Source: an uncultured bacterium (GTDB taxonomy: Bacteria; Zixibacteria; MSB-5A5; CAIYYT01). From it: a stretch of DNA of 64,000 nucleotides. Below are positions 9,373 to 24,667 of the stretch, piece after piece. The stretch covers positions 8,972 through 72,971 of the forward strand of contig CAVOPW010000018.1 of the NCBI GenBank assembly GCA_963698225.1. Direction: 5' to 3'. The notes under the pieces are model-generated. The model worked only from the letters and a program-made list of their open reading frames with translations, was not told the origin of the DNA and did not search any database. The translations under genes were made by a program, and so were the position numbers. Each line of letters begins with the position of its first letter. The stretch's first letter is position 1.

Positions 9373-10234
9373 TTATGTCAACTGGCTTTCGCGGAGCAGG
9401 CGCTCGACGACACTGGCCGTTGCCAGGAAGCAGCACGTTCAGGCTCCCCGACCGAAACCCCTGGACATCGATCGTCACGAACTTGAACCCGAGTTCCTGC
9501 AGACAGCGGGCTACCTGCGGTCGCAGATCTTCGGACATCAGCCGAGGCAGATCCTCCAATGGCACCTCGATCCGGGCCAGATCGCCCTTGTGATACCGCA
9601 CACGCACGGTCCCGAACCCGCGCTGCCGCAAAAACTGCTCCCCTCGGTCAATCATCGACAACCGCTCGGCCGTTACCGCTTCTCCGTAGGCAATCCTGCT
9701 CGACAGGCAGGGGGTGGCCGGCTTGTCCCAAATCGGCAGCTCCCAATGTCGCGCCAAGGCCCGCACGTCTTGTTTGGTCAGCCCGCAATCAGCGAGTGGA
9801 CTGACCACTTCCTGCTCGCCCGCGGCGCGCATGCCGGGCCGATAGTCGAACAGGTCGTCCGCGTTGGCCCCATTGATGATCAGCGCAACCTGCAGTTGCT
9901 CCCGCAGATCCTTGATCCGCCAGTAAAGTTCGTTCTTGCAGTGATAACACCGATCGGGCGAATTTTCGGCATAGTCCGGCAGTTCCATCTCGTTCGTCGC
10001 GATTTCCACGTGCCGTATCCCAATGAGTTGCGCCATGCGGCGCGCTTCTTCCAACTCCCCTTCGGCCAGACTGGGACTGACCCCGGTCACGGCAACGGCA
10101 CGCTCGCCCAGCGCCAAAGCGGCCGCTTTGGCCACCACGGAGCTGTCCACGCCGGCCGAAAAAGCGACCGCACAGCTCGGGAGCCGCTGCATGTACTCCA
10201 AGAGCCTGTCCCGTAAGATTGCGACGTCCGACAT
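9373..10234 (-). CDS. larE: LarE-family ATP-dependent sulfur transferase
   Basis: PP-loop AFSAGVDSS, RCYHCK, DYRPG, PCLSSRI and GFRSGSLN. C-terminus placed at the TAA at 9373 by assuming one frameshift. Confidence 0.88.
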
Positions 10235-10527
10235 CCAAACCGCCCTCTCTGATGGACAAAAAAAGGTAAACCCTCCACCGCAATGCCGTGGCGATACGTT
10301 TTGTGAGAGCCCGCAGTACCAAATGTGGGAACCTGAACCCCGGGTTGTGTGATCCAGAAACGAGAACGGCCCTGAGACCCTTCTCACTGGCTATACACGC
10401 GGCCAGAGCTGTAGTCAGTTCCCGGCGGACTTCTTATCGGCTCCCCAAAAAATGGTAGCGACAACACGCACATAGCAGAGGATTTACCCGTAATCCCTGT
10501 CGGGATCACCAGCGCATCGTAGCAGCG

Positions 10528-10567
10528 GCGACGCGGCGAAGCAAGCTTCGCGGCTTCGCCGCGTCGC
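10528..10567. repeat. 15-bp perfect stem-loop (terminator or REP)
   Basis: GCGACGCGGCGAAGC-N10-GCTTCGCCGCGTCGC, followed by a purine-rich tract to ~10627. Confidence 0.7.
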
Positions 10568-10679
10568 AGAGAGGAGTGGGGAGAGAGGTGAGAGGAGAGC
10601 GGCAGGGAGAGGGGAGCGGGAGAGAGCGCGCGGGTAGCCGGGACGCCCGTGTCTCTGCCGAGGACGGCTACGGACTGCG

Positions 10680-11952
10680 CTACGCGTTCTGCGACTCCCG
10701 CACCATGGGCTCCATCACCTTCGTATTTCGCTCGACAGCCAATACGATAGTCCGTTGCTCGGCACCATCGCGGCTATTGGCCACAACGGGCAACAACTGG
10801 CGGCGATCGGGCATGCTCATGCGGACCGTAAACGTACCATCCGAGCGGAGTTTGACTGGTTCGCCTGCGAGTGTCACGTGGGACCCGGCTTTCGTCTTGC
10901 CGTAGATGATCATTTCGGCATCGACGGTGAAGTCGAAATCCTTGTCCCGCCGCAAGACCTGCTCCATTCCGGTACCGCAGCGGGCCACCAACGGAGTCCC
11001 CATCGGCCGCCGCAGACGCTCTTCGAACAGTTCCTGCAAGTCGCCGCCGACCGCGTTCTCCTCATATCCACCGCTCTGCGCGAAAATCTTCTCGTAGTTC
11101 TCCGCGATATCGGTCCAATGCTCATCCATGACGTCGCTACTGCCCGGCTGCGGCGTGGTAACGACATTGCTCCGGGCCAACGCATAGAACCGGCCATTCT
11201 CGGCCAGATACCCCAAGTCGACTCGGAAACTGTTGGGGGAGTCCTGGATGTCGATGTACCAGTTCTTCACGCCACCATGAATGGGAATATCCCGCGCCAA
11301 CGATTCGGTGGTCGAGGTCGTGGACCCCGCTTCCACGTGCATCAACCGCAACGTCGGCTCGCAGGTGTGCCAATGCTCGGCCAGAGCGGCCCGAGCCCGC
11401 GCAACACTCTGTCGCGTGACATCCCAGCAGGCCTGCAACCAATACGGGTCGCGCACGAGCAACACGACCCGGTCCTTACCCGGAACGGGCTTGGGCGACG
11501 GCTTGATGTGGGGCGGCTTGACGGGGGCCGGCCTCGGAGCCACGGCGACGACCGGCTTCTCCACTTTCTTTGCCTTCTCCTCGACTTCCGCCGCCAAGGC
11601 AGTGGCGTAAGAAAGATCCTTCCGCTGTTCGCGCATTCGTTGATCTTCTGAATCTTGCGGAGCACACGGGCATCGGTTGGTTTGGGCGGCGGAATCGTTG
11701 GCGGCTTTCCGAGCTCCGTTCGGCGGGGTGGTCGATGCGACTGACCAGCTTCGGGGCCACCGCCACCGCCTGCTTGCGGCCCGCCGTCTTGGCCCGCGAC
11801 GAGCCCGAGGCGGCTTTCGCCTTGGAGGCCTTGACCAGGGCACGCACCAATTGGTCCTTGGTCATCGCGTGAACACCTGACAAACCCATTTTCCGGGCCA
11901 GTGAAGTGAGATCTTTTACTGTTTGCGAGCGGAGGTCAGCTGTGGTAATCAA
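10680..11952 (-). CDS. Rho_N-like domain plus DUF4912 protein (frameshifted)
   Basis: N-terminus LRSQTVKDLTSLARKMGLSGVHAMTKDQLVRAL (Rho_N-like); DRVVLLVRDPYWLQACWD...WYIDI...LARSNVVTTP (DUF4912). Confidence 0.8.
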
Positions 11953-12512
11953 AGGGTGCACCCTGTCTCAACGGATTCGCTGCAACAACCACGTCGTGTC
12001 CGTCACGCCGAACTTCTTCCGTGAGCCAACACATCGGCATCTGCCCCACGTCTGCCCAGTGGGGGTGCCAGGACCATCGAAATCGGGTCAAAGATTCGAT
12101 CTGTCCCGTCGTACGTCGCGTTGCAGGACGGCGGCAACGCGAGTATCGGGCACCCTTCGTGCTACTTCAAGGGTTTGCATTCTTCAGCAGGTGGGTTCTG
12201 GAAATTCCTGATAGTCCGAGTCTAACCAAAATGTGTAAAAACGCAACGCACACAACCCAATAAGGTGGTATCGCATCGGACCGCGGTTCGATACAACCTC
12301 TGCGATTCCGGCACTTACGTCGCAAATCGGCAATGCCTGCCAAGGCGGTTCCTGGAAATCTTGCCCGATTCGGTGCCCCATCGCCGTTCCATTAATGGCA
12401 AACGAAACCCCGAAAAGGGCCCCTTACGGAATTCTGCAAACCGTTTTCTTGCGAGGGTTTAGGTCATTCCGGTTCGTCGTCCATGAAATCTCTCGGCGCG
12501 AGGTGCGGTCGG

Positions 12513-12541
12513 TTGACCGGGCGCGACAGGTGGGATAGATT
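12513..12541 (+). promoter_or_regulatory. Putative sigma70 promoter of the atp operon
   Basis: TTGACC-N17-TAGATT about 120 bp before the first atp gene. Confidence 0.65.
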
Positions 12542-12663
12542 TTGGACTTTCAGTAATACTCGCAGGGGAAGAGGCTGGCAACAGCCGCCTCATTCGGTGC
12601 AAGTGATTTACATTAAACGATTTATAGCTAGTTGCGGACGCTCTGAAATAGTCAGTTAGCGAA

Positions 12664-12907
12664 GTGAAACCGACTCCAGACGATCGAGCGCCGCTGGCGC
12701 GGGCCTACGATCGGGCCACGCGTGGGATGGCTGTCGCCCTGGGGATGGTCGTGCCGGGACTGGTTGGGCTACTACGTTGACACGAAACTGGGAACCCGAG
12801 CACTGCTGACAATCCTGGGTTTCGCGTTGGGAGTGACTTACGGAATCTGGGAGCTCGTGCGGATGGGACGCCGACGATCTCGAGACCACGATGACGTCGA
12901 TCATTGA
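12664..12907 (+). CDS. atpZ: AtpZ/AtpI-family small ATP synthase accessory protein (frameshift)
   Basis: VKPTPDDRAPLARAY...MVVPGLVG / YYVDTKLGT...GFALG; first gene of the atp operon. Confidence 0.75.
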
Positions 12908-13007
12908 TTCGATCATTTAGTTATGGAGTGTGGCAGGATCGAGCGGGGTTGGAACACCGACCGATTGGCGCACGCGTCAGCGGAGCACCGCCGTGTTACC
13001 GGGGTGG

Positions 13008-13407
13008 GTGAGGAACCTGACAGGTCAGTCATTACTGGTCTGTGGTTCTCTTGTTGTTGACCGCCCTCGTGGTCGTGCCCGGCGGTTACGTCGCATATGG
13101 TTGGGCCGGGGTTCTCAGTGCCAGCGTGGCGGGAGCGACGTGTTTGGCGGGAGGCCTCTTGGCATGGGTGCTGGTTGGGATGTTAAATGGTCCCAGCAAT
13201 ATGGTGCCACGGGTACTGCTGGGGATGTTCCCGCGGATGGGCTTGCCCTTGGCCGCCTGCATGCTTGTTTACTTGCAGAACGGCCGTTTGGCGGCGGCCG
13301 GGTTTGTGTACTACATCCTGGCTTTTTACTTTGTCATTCTGGTGGTCGAGACGGTTTTGCAGGTCGGTGACCTCCAGCAACAATCGGCCGAGAAATCGAC
13401 GGTCTAG
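13008..13407 (+). CDS. atpI: ATP synthase I-chain-like membrane protein (frameshift near 5' end)
   Basis: Four hydrophobic segments; lies directly before atpB. Confidence 0.65.
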
Positions 13408-13411
13408 CACT

Positions 13412-14809
<1,398 letters not shown>

Positions 14810-14867
14810 GTCGGACGCGACGCGCCGCTGCGTATCGGGTACCTGTTCATTTCTGGATAAGCGACGG

Positions 14868-15476
14868 ATGGCCATGAGACTCTCACGATTCATCACCTCG
14901 GCGTCAGTCCTGTTTGGGGCCTGGCAAGGCGGCACTCTGGTGGCCTGGGCATCAGAGGCGGCCGAATCCTCGAACAACAGTGTCAACCCACTGTCGATCG
15001 ATCCCGATCTGGCGTGGTTCACGCTGGTGGTGTTCGTGCTGCTCCTGATGGTTCTGACGAAGTTCGCCTGGAAGCCGCTGATGAAGGGGCTGGAGCAGCG
15101 TGAACAGACGATCGCGAAGATGATTGACGACGCGAAACGCAACAACGAGGAGGCCGCCGCCAAGCTGCTGGCTTACGAGCAGAAACTGGCGGAGGCGGCC
15201 ACTGAGGCGCACGAAGTGGTTGTGCGAGCGCGTCGCGATGGGGTGGCAGCGGGCGAGAAACTGCTCGAAGATGCTCGGGCCAGCGCCGATCGTGAACGGC
15301 AGCGAGCGTTGGCCGATATCGAAGCCGCCAAGAATGCCGCGGTGCAGCAGATTGCGGATCAGAGTGCCAATCTGGCTTTCTCGTTGGCGCGGAAGCTGAT
15401 CCACAAAGAGCTGCGGCCGGAAGACCATGCTGCCCTGATCCGTGAGTCGCTCGAACAGTTTCCCAGTGAGAACTGA
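14868..15476 (+). CDS. atpF: F0 subunit b
   Basis: DPDLAWFTLVVFVLLLMVLTKFAWKPLMKGLEQRE followed by a coiled coil. Confidence 0.95.
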   Translation: MAMRLSRFITSASVLFGAWQGGTLVAWASEAAESSNNSVNPLSIDPDLAWFTLVVFVLLLMVLTKFAWKPLMKGLEQREQTIAKMIDDAKRNNEEAAAKLLAYEQKLAEAATEAHEVVVRARRDGVAAGEKLLEDARASADRERQRALADIEAAKNAAVQQIADQSANLAFSLARKLIHKELRPEDHAALIRESLEQFPSEN

Positions 15477-15481
15477 AATCC

Positions 15482-16108
15482 ATGGCCGAGTCCTCACAAC
15501 GCCCATCCTTTGATAGTTCCCGGGAACGCCTGGGTGCGGTCTACGCCAAGGGGCTGCTCGGTGCCACCGAAGCGGCCGGGGTGACCGAACGCGTCTTGCC
15601 CGAACTCGATTCGCTCGTCGATGATGTGTTGAATCGGGTCCCGAATTTCGAGCAGTTCCTGTCCTCGCCGCGGATGCGACTGGACGAGAAGTTGCGTGTC
15701 TTGGACTTGGCGTTTGCCGGTCGCATGACTCCGCTGCTGCTGGACTTTCTCAAAGTCGTGGCGCGTCGAGGAAGATTGGACTGCCTGCGCGAGGTGCGGG
15801 CCGCCTCACGAAAGCAGCTGAATATCCTGCGCGGTCGGCTGGAGGTAACGGTCCAGACGGCCACGCCGTTGAAGCACGGCACAGCACAGTCAGATCGAAC
15901 AACGGCTGGCCGTGGCCTTGGGACAGGCCGATCGATCTGACGTGCTCGCGTGCGCCCGGAATTGCTGGGCGGATTGCTGGTCCGAGTCGGCGACACGGTC
16001 TTCGATGGCAGCCTCGATAACCGCCTCGAAACCATGCGCGTGCAATTGACGAATCGCACGACGCAAGTGATCCGCGATTCGCTGGAACGATTCCTGATTA
16101 CCGATTAG
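15482..16108 (+). CDS. atpH: F1 subunit delta (frameshift near 15880)
   Basis: AVYAKGLL...FLKVVARRGRL...; C-terminus PELLGGLLVRVGDTVFDGSL in another frame. Confidence 0.9.
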
Positions 16109-16135
16109 TAGCTGGCGACCCCAGAGAGGTCTTCG

Positions 16136-17668
16136 ATGAAATTCAATGCTGACGAGATTGCCTCGGTCATTCAGAAAGAGATCGAGCATTACGAGAGCCA
16201 ATTGGATGTCCGAGAGGTGGGCACGGTGCTGGATGTCGGTGACGGCATCGCGCACGTGTATGGACTGTCCAACGCCATGTCCGGCGAGATGGTGGCGTTC
16301 CCGAGCGGCGTCAACGGCTTGGTGTTCAACCTGGAAGAGAACAGCGTCGGCATCATCATTCTCGGCGACTTCCTGGACATCAACGAGGGTGACGAGGTCC
16401 GCGCGCTGGGCAAGCTGTTGTCGGTGCCGGTGGGTGACGCCGTCATGGGACGCGTGCTTGATCCGCTCGGCAACCCACTCGATGGCAAGGGCCCCGTGGC
16501 CACGACCGATCGTCGTCCGGTCGAATTCCTTGCTCCTGGCGTAGCGGAACGGCAGCCCGTGTGCGAACCGCTGCAGACCGGCATCAAGGCCATCGATGCC
16601 ATGACGCCGATCGGACGCGGACAGCGCGAACTCATCATCGGCGACCGCAAGACTGGCAAGACGGCCATCGCCCTCGACGCGATCATCAATCAGAAACATT
16701 CCGGCGTGAAGTGCTTCTACGTCGCGATCGGCCAGAAAGATTCCTCGGTGGCCGGCGTGATCAAGACGCTCGAAGACCACGGCGCGATGGACTACACGAC
16801 CGTCATCGTGTCGGGTGCCGCGAGTCCCGCGCCGATGCAGTACATCGCTCCGTACGCCGGCACCGCGATGGCCGAACATTTCATGTTCCAGGGCGAGCAT
16901 GCCTTGATCATATACGACGACTTGTCGAAGCAGGCCGTGGCCTATCGCCAGTTGTCTCTGCTCATGCGGCGTCCACCGGGCCGCGAAGCGTATCCGGGCG
17001 ACGTGTTTTACTGCCACAGCCGCCTGCTCGAGCGATCGGTGAAGTTGAGCAAGGCCTTGGGGGGCGGTTCGCTGACCTCGCTGCCGATCATCGAAACGCT
17101 CGAAGGCGAAGTCTCGGCCTACATCCCCACCAACGTGATTTCGATTACGGACGGCCAGATCTACCTCCAGCCCGACCTGTTCTTCGCCGGTGTTCGACCC
17201 GCGATGAACCCCGGCATTTCGGTCTCTCGCGTGGGTGGTGCCGCGCAGGTCAAAGCGATGAAGAAAGTGGCCGGCGGCCTGCGACTCGACTTGGCCTCGT
17301 TTCGTGAACTCGAAGCGTTCGCCCAGATGGGAACCGAACTGGACAAGGCCACGCAGTCGCGACTCGACCGCGGCTATCGCATGGTCGAACTGCTCAAGCA
17401 GCCTCAGTACAGGCCGATGCATGTGTTGGATCAGGTCATGAGCATCTTCGCCGGCACGCGCGGGTACATGGACGACGTGCCGGTCAAAGACGTGCGAACC
17501 TGGGAAGAGGCTTTCCTGGCCTACATGCACGAGAAACGGGCCGATGTCGTCGGAGAGCTCACCAAGGCCAATGACATGACCGATGCGATTGCCACCAAGC
17601 TTGTCGCGGCGATCCAGGACTTCAAGGCGGGCTATAAGCCGGTAGCGGGCCGGTCGAAGTCGGCATAG
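16136..17668 (+). CDS. atpA: F1 subunit alpha
   Basis: Intact 510-aa ORF with GDRKTGKT and [13 protein letters not shown]. Confidence 0.98.
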   Translation: MKFNADEIASVIQKEIEHYESQLDVREVGTVLDVGDGIAHVYGLSNAMSGEMVAFPSGVNGLVFNLEENSVGIIILGDFLDINEGDEVRALGKLLSVPVGDAVMGRVLDPLGNPLDGKGPVATTDRRPVEFLAPGVAERQPVCEPLQTGIKAIDAMTPIGRGQRELIIGDRKTGKTAIALDAIINQKHSGVKCFYVAIGQKDSSVAGVIKTLEDHGAMDYTTVIVSGAASPAPMQYIAPYAGTAMAEHFMFQGEHALIIYDDLSKQAVAYRQLSLLMRRPPGREAYPGDVFYCHSRLLERSVKLSKALGGGSLTSLPIIETLEGEVSAYIPTNVISITDGQIYLQPDLFFAGVRPAMNPGISVSRVGGAAQVKAMKKVAGGLRLDLASFRELEAFAQMGTELDKATQSRLDRGYRMVELLKQPQYRPMHVLDQVMSIFAGTRGYMDDVPVKDVRTWEEAFLAYMHEKRADVVGELTKANDMTDAIATKLVAAIQDFKAGYKPVAGRSKSA

Positions 17669-17690
17669 CAGCGAGTAAGGCGGGATTGCC

Positions 17691-18578
17691 ATGGCAAAAG
17701 CTCGGACACTGGACAGGCGACGCGGGTCGATCCGCAACATCCGCAAGATCACGCGGACGATGGAATTGATCGCCAACGCGCGATTCAAGAAGGCCATGGA
17801 CCGCGCAACGTCGGCCTCCGCTTACACCAAGCGGATTACGCGTCTGGTCGCCGACCTGGCCCAAAGCGGTCTCGATTTGCGACATCCCTTGCTGGAAGAT
17901 CGACCGCAGCCCCAAAAAGCGGTGATGCTCGTGCTGACCGCCAACCGCGGAATGTGCGGTGGGTTCAATTCCAGCGTCCTGCGGCTGGCGTTTGAACATC
18001 ACGCTCGACTGACCGACAGCGTGCCGGAAGTGATCACGGAAGTCTCGGGCCGCCGCGGCATCTCGGCCCTGAAGTACCGCAAAATCAACCCGGACGAATC
18101 GTATACGCACTTCGAGGATCGCCCGACTTATCAAGATGTCGAAACGCTGGCCAATCGTTACCTGGATCAGTTCATCACCCGTAAGATCGATCGCGTCGAC
18201 GTCCTCTACACCCGCTTCCTGTCCATCGCCAAGCAAGAGGCCGTCGTCGAGACCTTGCTCCCCCTGAGCTCGCTGGAAGGACTCTCGGAGGAAGAAGAAG
18301 TGGTCGGGCGCGGCACGTCGATGTACGAGTTCCTGCCCTCGGCCGAGAGCATTTTGCGCGAGGTGGTCCCGACCAGTTTTCGCGTCAAGTTGTTCAAGTG
18401 CTTCCTGGACGCGGCGGTCAGCGAACACATTGCACGTATGGTGGCGATGAAAGCAGCTACGGAAAACGCAGACGAGATCATTCGTCAGCTGTCGATGACC
18501 TACAACCGGGCTCGGCAGTCGCAGATTACCGGCGAGATCATGGAGATTATCGGTGGGGTGGAGGCCTTGCAGTCGTAG
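17691..18578 (+). CDS. atpG: F1 subunit gamma
   Basis: KITRTMELIA, NRGMCGGFN and YNRARQSQITGEIMEI. Confidence 0.97.
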   Translation: MAKARTLDRRRGSIRNIRKITRTMELIANARFKKAMDRATSASAYTKRITRLVADLAQSGLDLRHPLLEDRPQPQKAVMLVLTANRGMCGGFNSSVLRLAFEHHARLTDSVPEVITEVSGRRGISALKYRKINPDESYTHFEDRPTYQDVETLANRYLDQFITRKIDRVDVLYTRFLSIAKQEAVVETLLPLSSLEGLSEEEEVVGRGTSMYEFLPSAESILREVVPTSFRVKLFKCFLDAAVSEHIARMVAMKAATENADEIIRQLSMTYNRARQSQITGEIMEIIGGVEALQS

Positions 18579-18617
18579 CACCTCGAAGAGGTTCCCCGGC
18601 CATCTGCCAATAACATT

Positions 18618-18661
18618 TGTCAAACACGGTTCTGTCAAACACGGTTCTGTCAAACACGGTC
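18618..18661 (+). repeat. 15-bp tandem repeat x3 in the atpG-atpD spacer
   Basis: TGTCAAACACGGTTC twice, then TGTCAAACACGGTC. Confidence 0.9.
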
Positions 18662-18693
18662 TGGCAACACAGTTCTGGGCTGCGAGTGCCTGA

Positions 18694-20720
<2,027 letters not shown>

Positions 20721-20986
20721 TGATCCCAACAAGCTCTCCACTTTCTCTTCTCTCCCCACTGCGGGCTGCGGCCCGCCGGCCTGCATATCTTTACCAAAGC
20801 AATCGACCGACACGCGACGCGATGATCGAGGTCGGCACTCGCCGCCCCGCTCTCTACTTTGGCCGGACCGCGTGCCGAACATAAGGGTAACGGCCGTGCG
20901 ATGAGTCATCCCGACCAGCCGTAAGCACAGCCAGACCACCACAGGGAAGTGGCCTCTCTTTCTCCAGCAACCATGCAGACCCATTG

Positions 20987-21473
20987 ATGCACTCTCCGCA
21001 AACCTTTCCCGATCGACAGAGTCGTTCCGGCCTGCGCAGTCCTTCCCTGAGGCTCTTTCGTCGAATTGCAGATCACGGTCGGACGCGCCCGCCAACGAGT
21101 AAGGCACGTGACCGGTCCCGTGTTTCTGATCGGCTCCTCCATGGACTGCGACCTGATCCTCGGAGACCCGCTGGTCCCGGCGGTGCATTCGTACATTCTG
21201 CTCACGGCGACGGATGTACGAATCCGCCATCTGGGATTCGCGCCGGATCTGCGCGTCAACGGAACCCAACAGGAGCTGGTCACGCTGCACGATGAGGACT
21301 CGATCGAAATCGGCTGCTTCAGTTTCCTGGCGCGGATTTCTCAGGCGGCCGAACTGTCGCGGCGTGACTCGCTTGCGGCCGAACCAAGGCACCGCGCCGT
21401 TCCATTCTCTCGCTACCGTTCCCCATCCATTCCGGTTGCGGATTGGTCTGCCGACCGCCGCCGCTGCTCCTGA
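20987..21473 (+). CDS. FHA-domain protein (frameshift)
   Basis: FLIGSSMDCDLIL...VPAVHSYI...LRVNG...LHDEDSIEIG. Confidence 0.75.
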
Positions 21474-21496
21474 TTTCCGTGAGGGTGTTTTGCTTC

Positions 21497-21778
21497 ATGT
21501 CCCAATCCCCACAACTCCTCGGAATCATCGAGATCGACGCCGATTCCAGTCAATCGCTGCGTGCGGACGCGACCTTGGGTGAGACTCTCTCCAGCCTGCG
21601 TGGGGAAGGCGAACTCAGGTGGGATACGCCGGAAACGGCAGAGGTGGAAGTGGATCGCTGCCAAGTGTACGATGCGATCGAGTCGATCCACTTGTTGCAC
21701 GCCGATCTGCCACAACTGCGAACCGACCTGGAGAGCGAACTGCGTCGACTGATTCAGCGACTCCTGGCGGCCATGTAG
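21497..21778 (+). CDS. Hypothetical protein
   Basis: Acidic 93-aa ORF with coding-like composition, in operon-like spacing. Confidence 0.55.
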   Translation: MSQSPQLLGIIEIDADSSQSLRADATLGETLSSLRGEGELRWDTPETAEVEVDRCQVYDAIESIHLLHADLPQLRTDLESELRRLIQRLLAAM

Positions 21779-21804
21779 CGGATGGGCTGGGAAGATTGTC
21801 GCCG

Positions 21805-24667
21805 ATGCGTAGGTCGGGATGGAAGGTGATCGTCTGGCTGGCGATCACCATACCACTGGTGACGTGCTTTGGCTCCGCTTTCTTCAGCGGCCAGGTGTTG
21901 GCCTATCGCGACGCGGCCCATTTCTATTACCCGCTTGAGCATTGGCTGGCCGAACGTTGGGGACAGCGCGAGATCCCGCTGTGGAACAGCCAAGACGGCA
22001 ATGGGGTTCCCGTCGTCGCCGAAGCCACTTCCGCCGTCTTCTACCCGGGCAAATTGATTTTCGCGTTGCCGCTGGCATTTTCTCGTCGCTTCGTGTTGTA
22101 TGTCGTGGTGCACTTCGTGTGGGCCGCGTGCGGCGCTTACATGCTGGTCCGCGATGGCATTCGAATCCAGGCGGCGAAGGGGCGGATCATGCCAGGGCAA
22201 AGTGGTCGGAGAGGCTCGTCCTCCGCCGCCCGAGCCACCGCTCGAATCTGCTTGGCCCCAGGATTGTCCGCGGTCGCGTACACGTTCGGCGGTGCAGTGT
22301 TGTTTCAGTACTCCAACGTCGTGTTCCTGGTCGGCGCCGCCTGGTTGCCGTGGACGTTGTGGGCACTCCGCCGCATGCTTGATCGAGCGCCGATGGCGAT
22401 GGCTGCTGGCCGCCTCCGCTTGCCTGGCCCTGACTGTTTTGGGTGGCGATGCCCAGACGGCCTACCATGCCGGACTGGCCGGGGGCTTTTATGGCCTGCT
22501 GAAGCGCAAACGCAGCGGTGCAGGACGGTGATCAGTCGTCGCGGATGGTCCGAACCTGGGGCGGTCGCGGCACGGCATTCGGCTGGTTGGTCGCGGCCGG
22601 CGATGCTCGGGGTTTTGCTGGCGGCGGTACAGGTGCTTCCGACTTGGCATTGGACGGCCAACAGTGACCGAGTGCTGTACAGCTACCCGCGGACCATCTA
22701 CGAAATTCGGCCGTTTATGGCCCGCCCATCGCAAATCCCCATCCGAGCGGCGACTGAGGGTCGAGCCGATGTGCCGCAGGGGTGGGCCGGTGCAGTCTCG
22801 CGGCCTGCTTCGGGACCACCGGAGCCAGCGCGAACATCACGGGCAGATCTACGACTTCAGTGTCGCTCCCTGGCGGTTGATCGAATGCGTGTGGCCCAAC
22901 GTCTCGGGACGGACCTTTCCCGAGAACCGACGCTGGCTCACCGCCATCGACGCCGAGGACCGAATTTGGATTCCCTCGCTGTACTTTGGCATTCTGCCGT
23001 TGCTCGTGGCCTTAGGTGCTTGGAGTTTGCGAAGCAACTCGGACATGGTTCGTTGGCTTTCGTGGCTGGTCCTGCTGGCGCTGGTGGCCAGTCTTGGATC
23101 GTACGGCGTGGGGCGTCTGGTGAAGACAGTCTGCAGCCTCTTCCAGGAGAACACCGACTCGATGCCGATCGGAAATGCAGTCGGCGGATTGTACTGGTGG
23201 ATGGTGGTGCTGTTGCCGGGCCACGCTCAGTTCCGATATCCGGCCAAGCTGCTGGTGATCGCGACGTTGGCCGCCGCGGATTGGCCGGACTAGGATGGCA
23301 GCACCAGCTTGGCACGCACGCGTGAACGTTGGTGACCTGGCTGAGTCGATTGGCCTTGAGTCAGCCTCGTCGTGGCGTTGGTGTGGTCGTCACGGGACCG
23401 TGGTGGCGTTCGTGGCTCGCCGGCGCACAGCCCAACGAGCTCTATCGGACCGCTTGATCGTGCGTGCGGCGTGGATCGACACGTGGACTGGCCTGCCTCC
23501 ACACGGGCATTATCTGTGGAGTTGCCTGGCTGTTCGTCCGTCGCGTGTCACAGCGGTCGCGCGTTGTTGAGTGCGCTGTTGCTGATACTGACCTCGCTGG
23601 AGATCGTCTGGGCCAACAGCTGGATGATTCAGACAGCGCCGGCAACTGTCATGCAGGAGACCGCCCTGCCCTGCTCGATGCGAAAGGCAAGGCACCGCAG
23701 GCCGTGTATCGCTGGCCCGCGCGTACCTGGGTTCCCAGTGAATGGCCGAGAGCGTCGTCGCCGAACCGCCCGGAGCAGAGTCTGCGATGGGACGTGGCGA
23801 CGCTGTACGCGAAACTGCATCTGCTCGGTCCGCTGCGATCACTCCATCCGCATAACACGGTCGCTCCATCGTCTGTATCGCGCCGTGCTGGCGGCCGGCG
23901 AGTCCGGCATGCCGCATCCCGACGCACTGAATCTGCTGGGGCGAGTATGTACTGCTGCCCCAGATCTGCGCGGCCAGACTGGCTGGCGTCGCTGTGGATC
24001 TGCGTCGACGGAACGCGTCGACAACGTAGCGATGTGGCACAACGCGACGCGTTCCCCGCCGCCTGGATCGTGCATGCGTGCGAACTTCGGCTCGCATTCT
24101 CCCACGAACAGACCCGTTCGAAGTGCGCGAGCGGGCGCCGAGGTGTTGCTGTGGCCGTCCGGCGTGAGTCGCGATTTGCGACACGAGGCGGTCATCGAGT
24201 TACCTGCTGGTGAGGAACTGCCGGAGATCCGCATTCCTGCGACGCGTCCCGTGAATACGAGAGCTCGTGACACGCGTAACCTGCAACCATTTTGTCCTGG
24301 ATGCTCGCCTGGAAGCACCGGGAGTGTCGGTCTGGAACCAGTTCTTTGACCCGCAGTGGACGGTGACAGTCATCACGGCCGACAACCTGCACCGCCGGTT
24401 GAGTCCTTGGCGAGTCAATCTGATAATGCAGGGGCTGGTTCTGCCGGCGGGAGATTATCAGGCTTGATTTTCAGTACCGCCCGCGCGATGTTTGTGTGGG
24501 GCGGCGTGATCAGTGGACTCAGTTGGCTGGTCCTGGTGGGAATGGGAGTGTATCGGATCGCGGCGGTAACCCGTAGTGCAGGCTGCCAGCCTGCACATAC
24601 ACACACGCTCTCACTCACACTCACTCACGCGCTCCCACGCACGACAAGGCGGGCCGGGCCGCGCTGA
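21805..24667 (+). CDS. YfhO-like polytopic membrane protein (GT-C type), many frameshifts; 3' end approximate
   Basis: YRDAAHFYYP...PLWN...G.P...AVFYP; SLYFGILPL; FRYPAKL; C-terminal FFDPQWTV...VNLIMQGLVLPAG...YRP...G.VISG. Confidence 0.75.
24572..24597. repeat. REP-like hairpin, copy 2
   Basis: Identical 26 bp to 2014-2039; followed by a CTCACT/CACA low-complexity tail. Confidence 0.85.
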
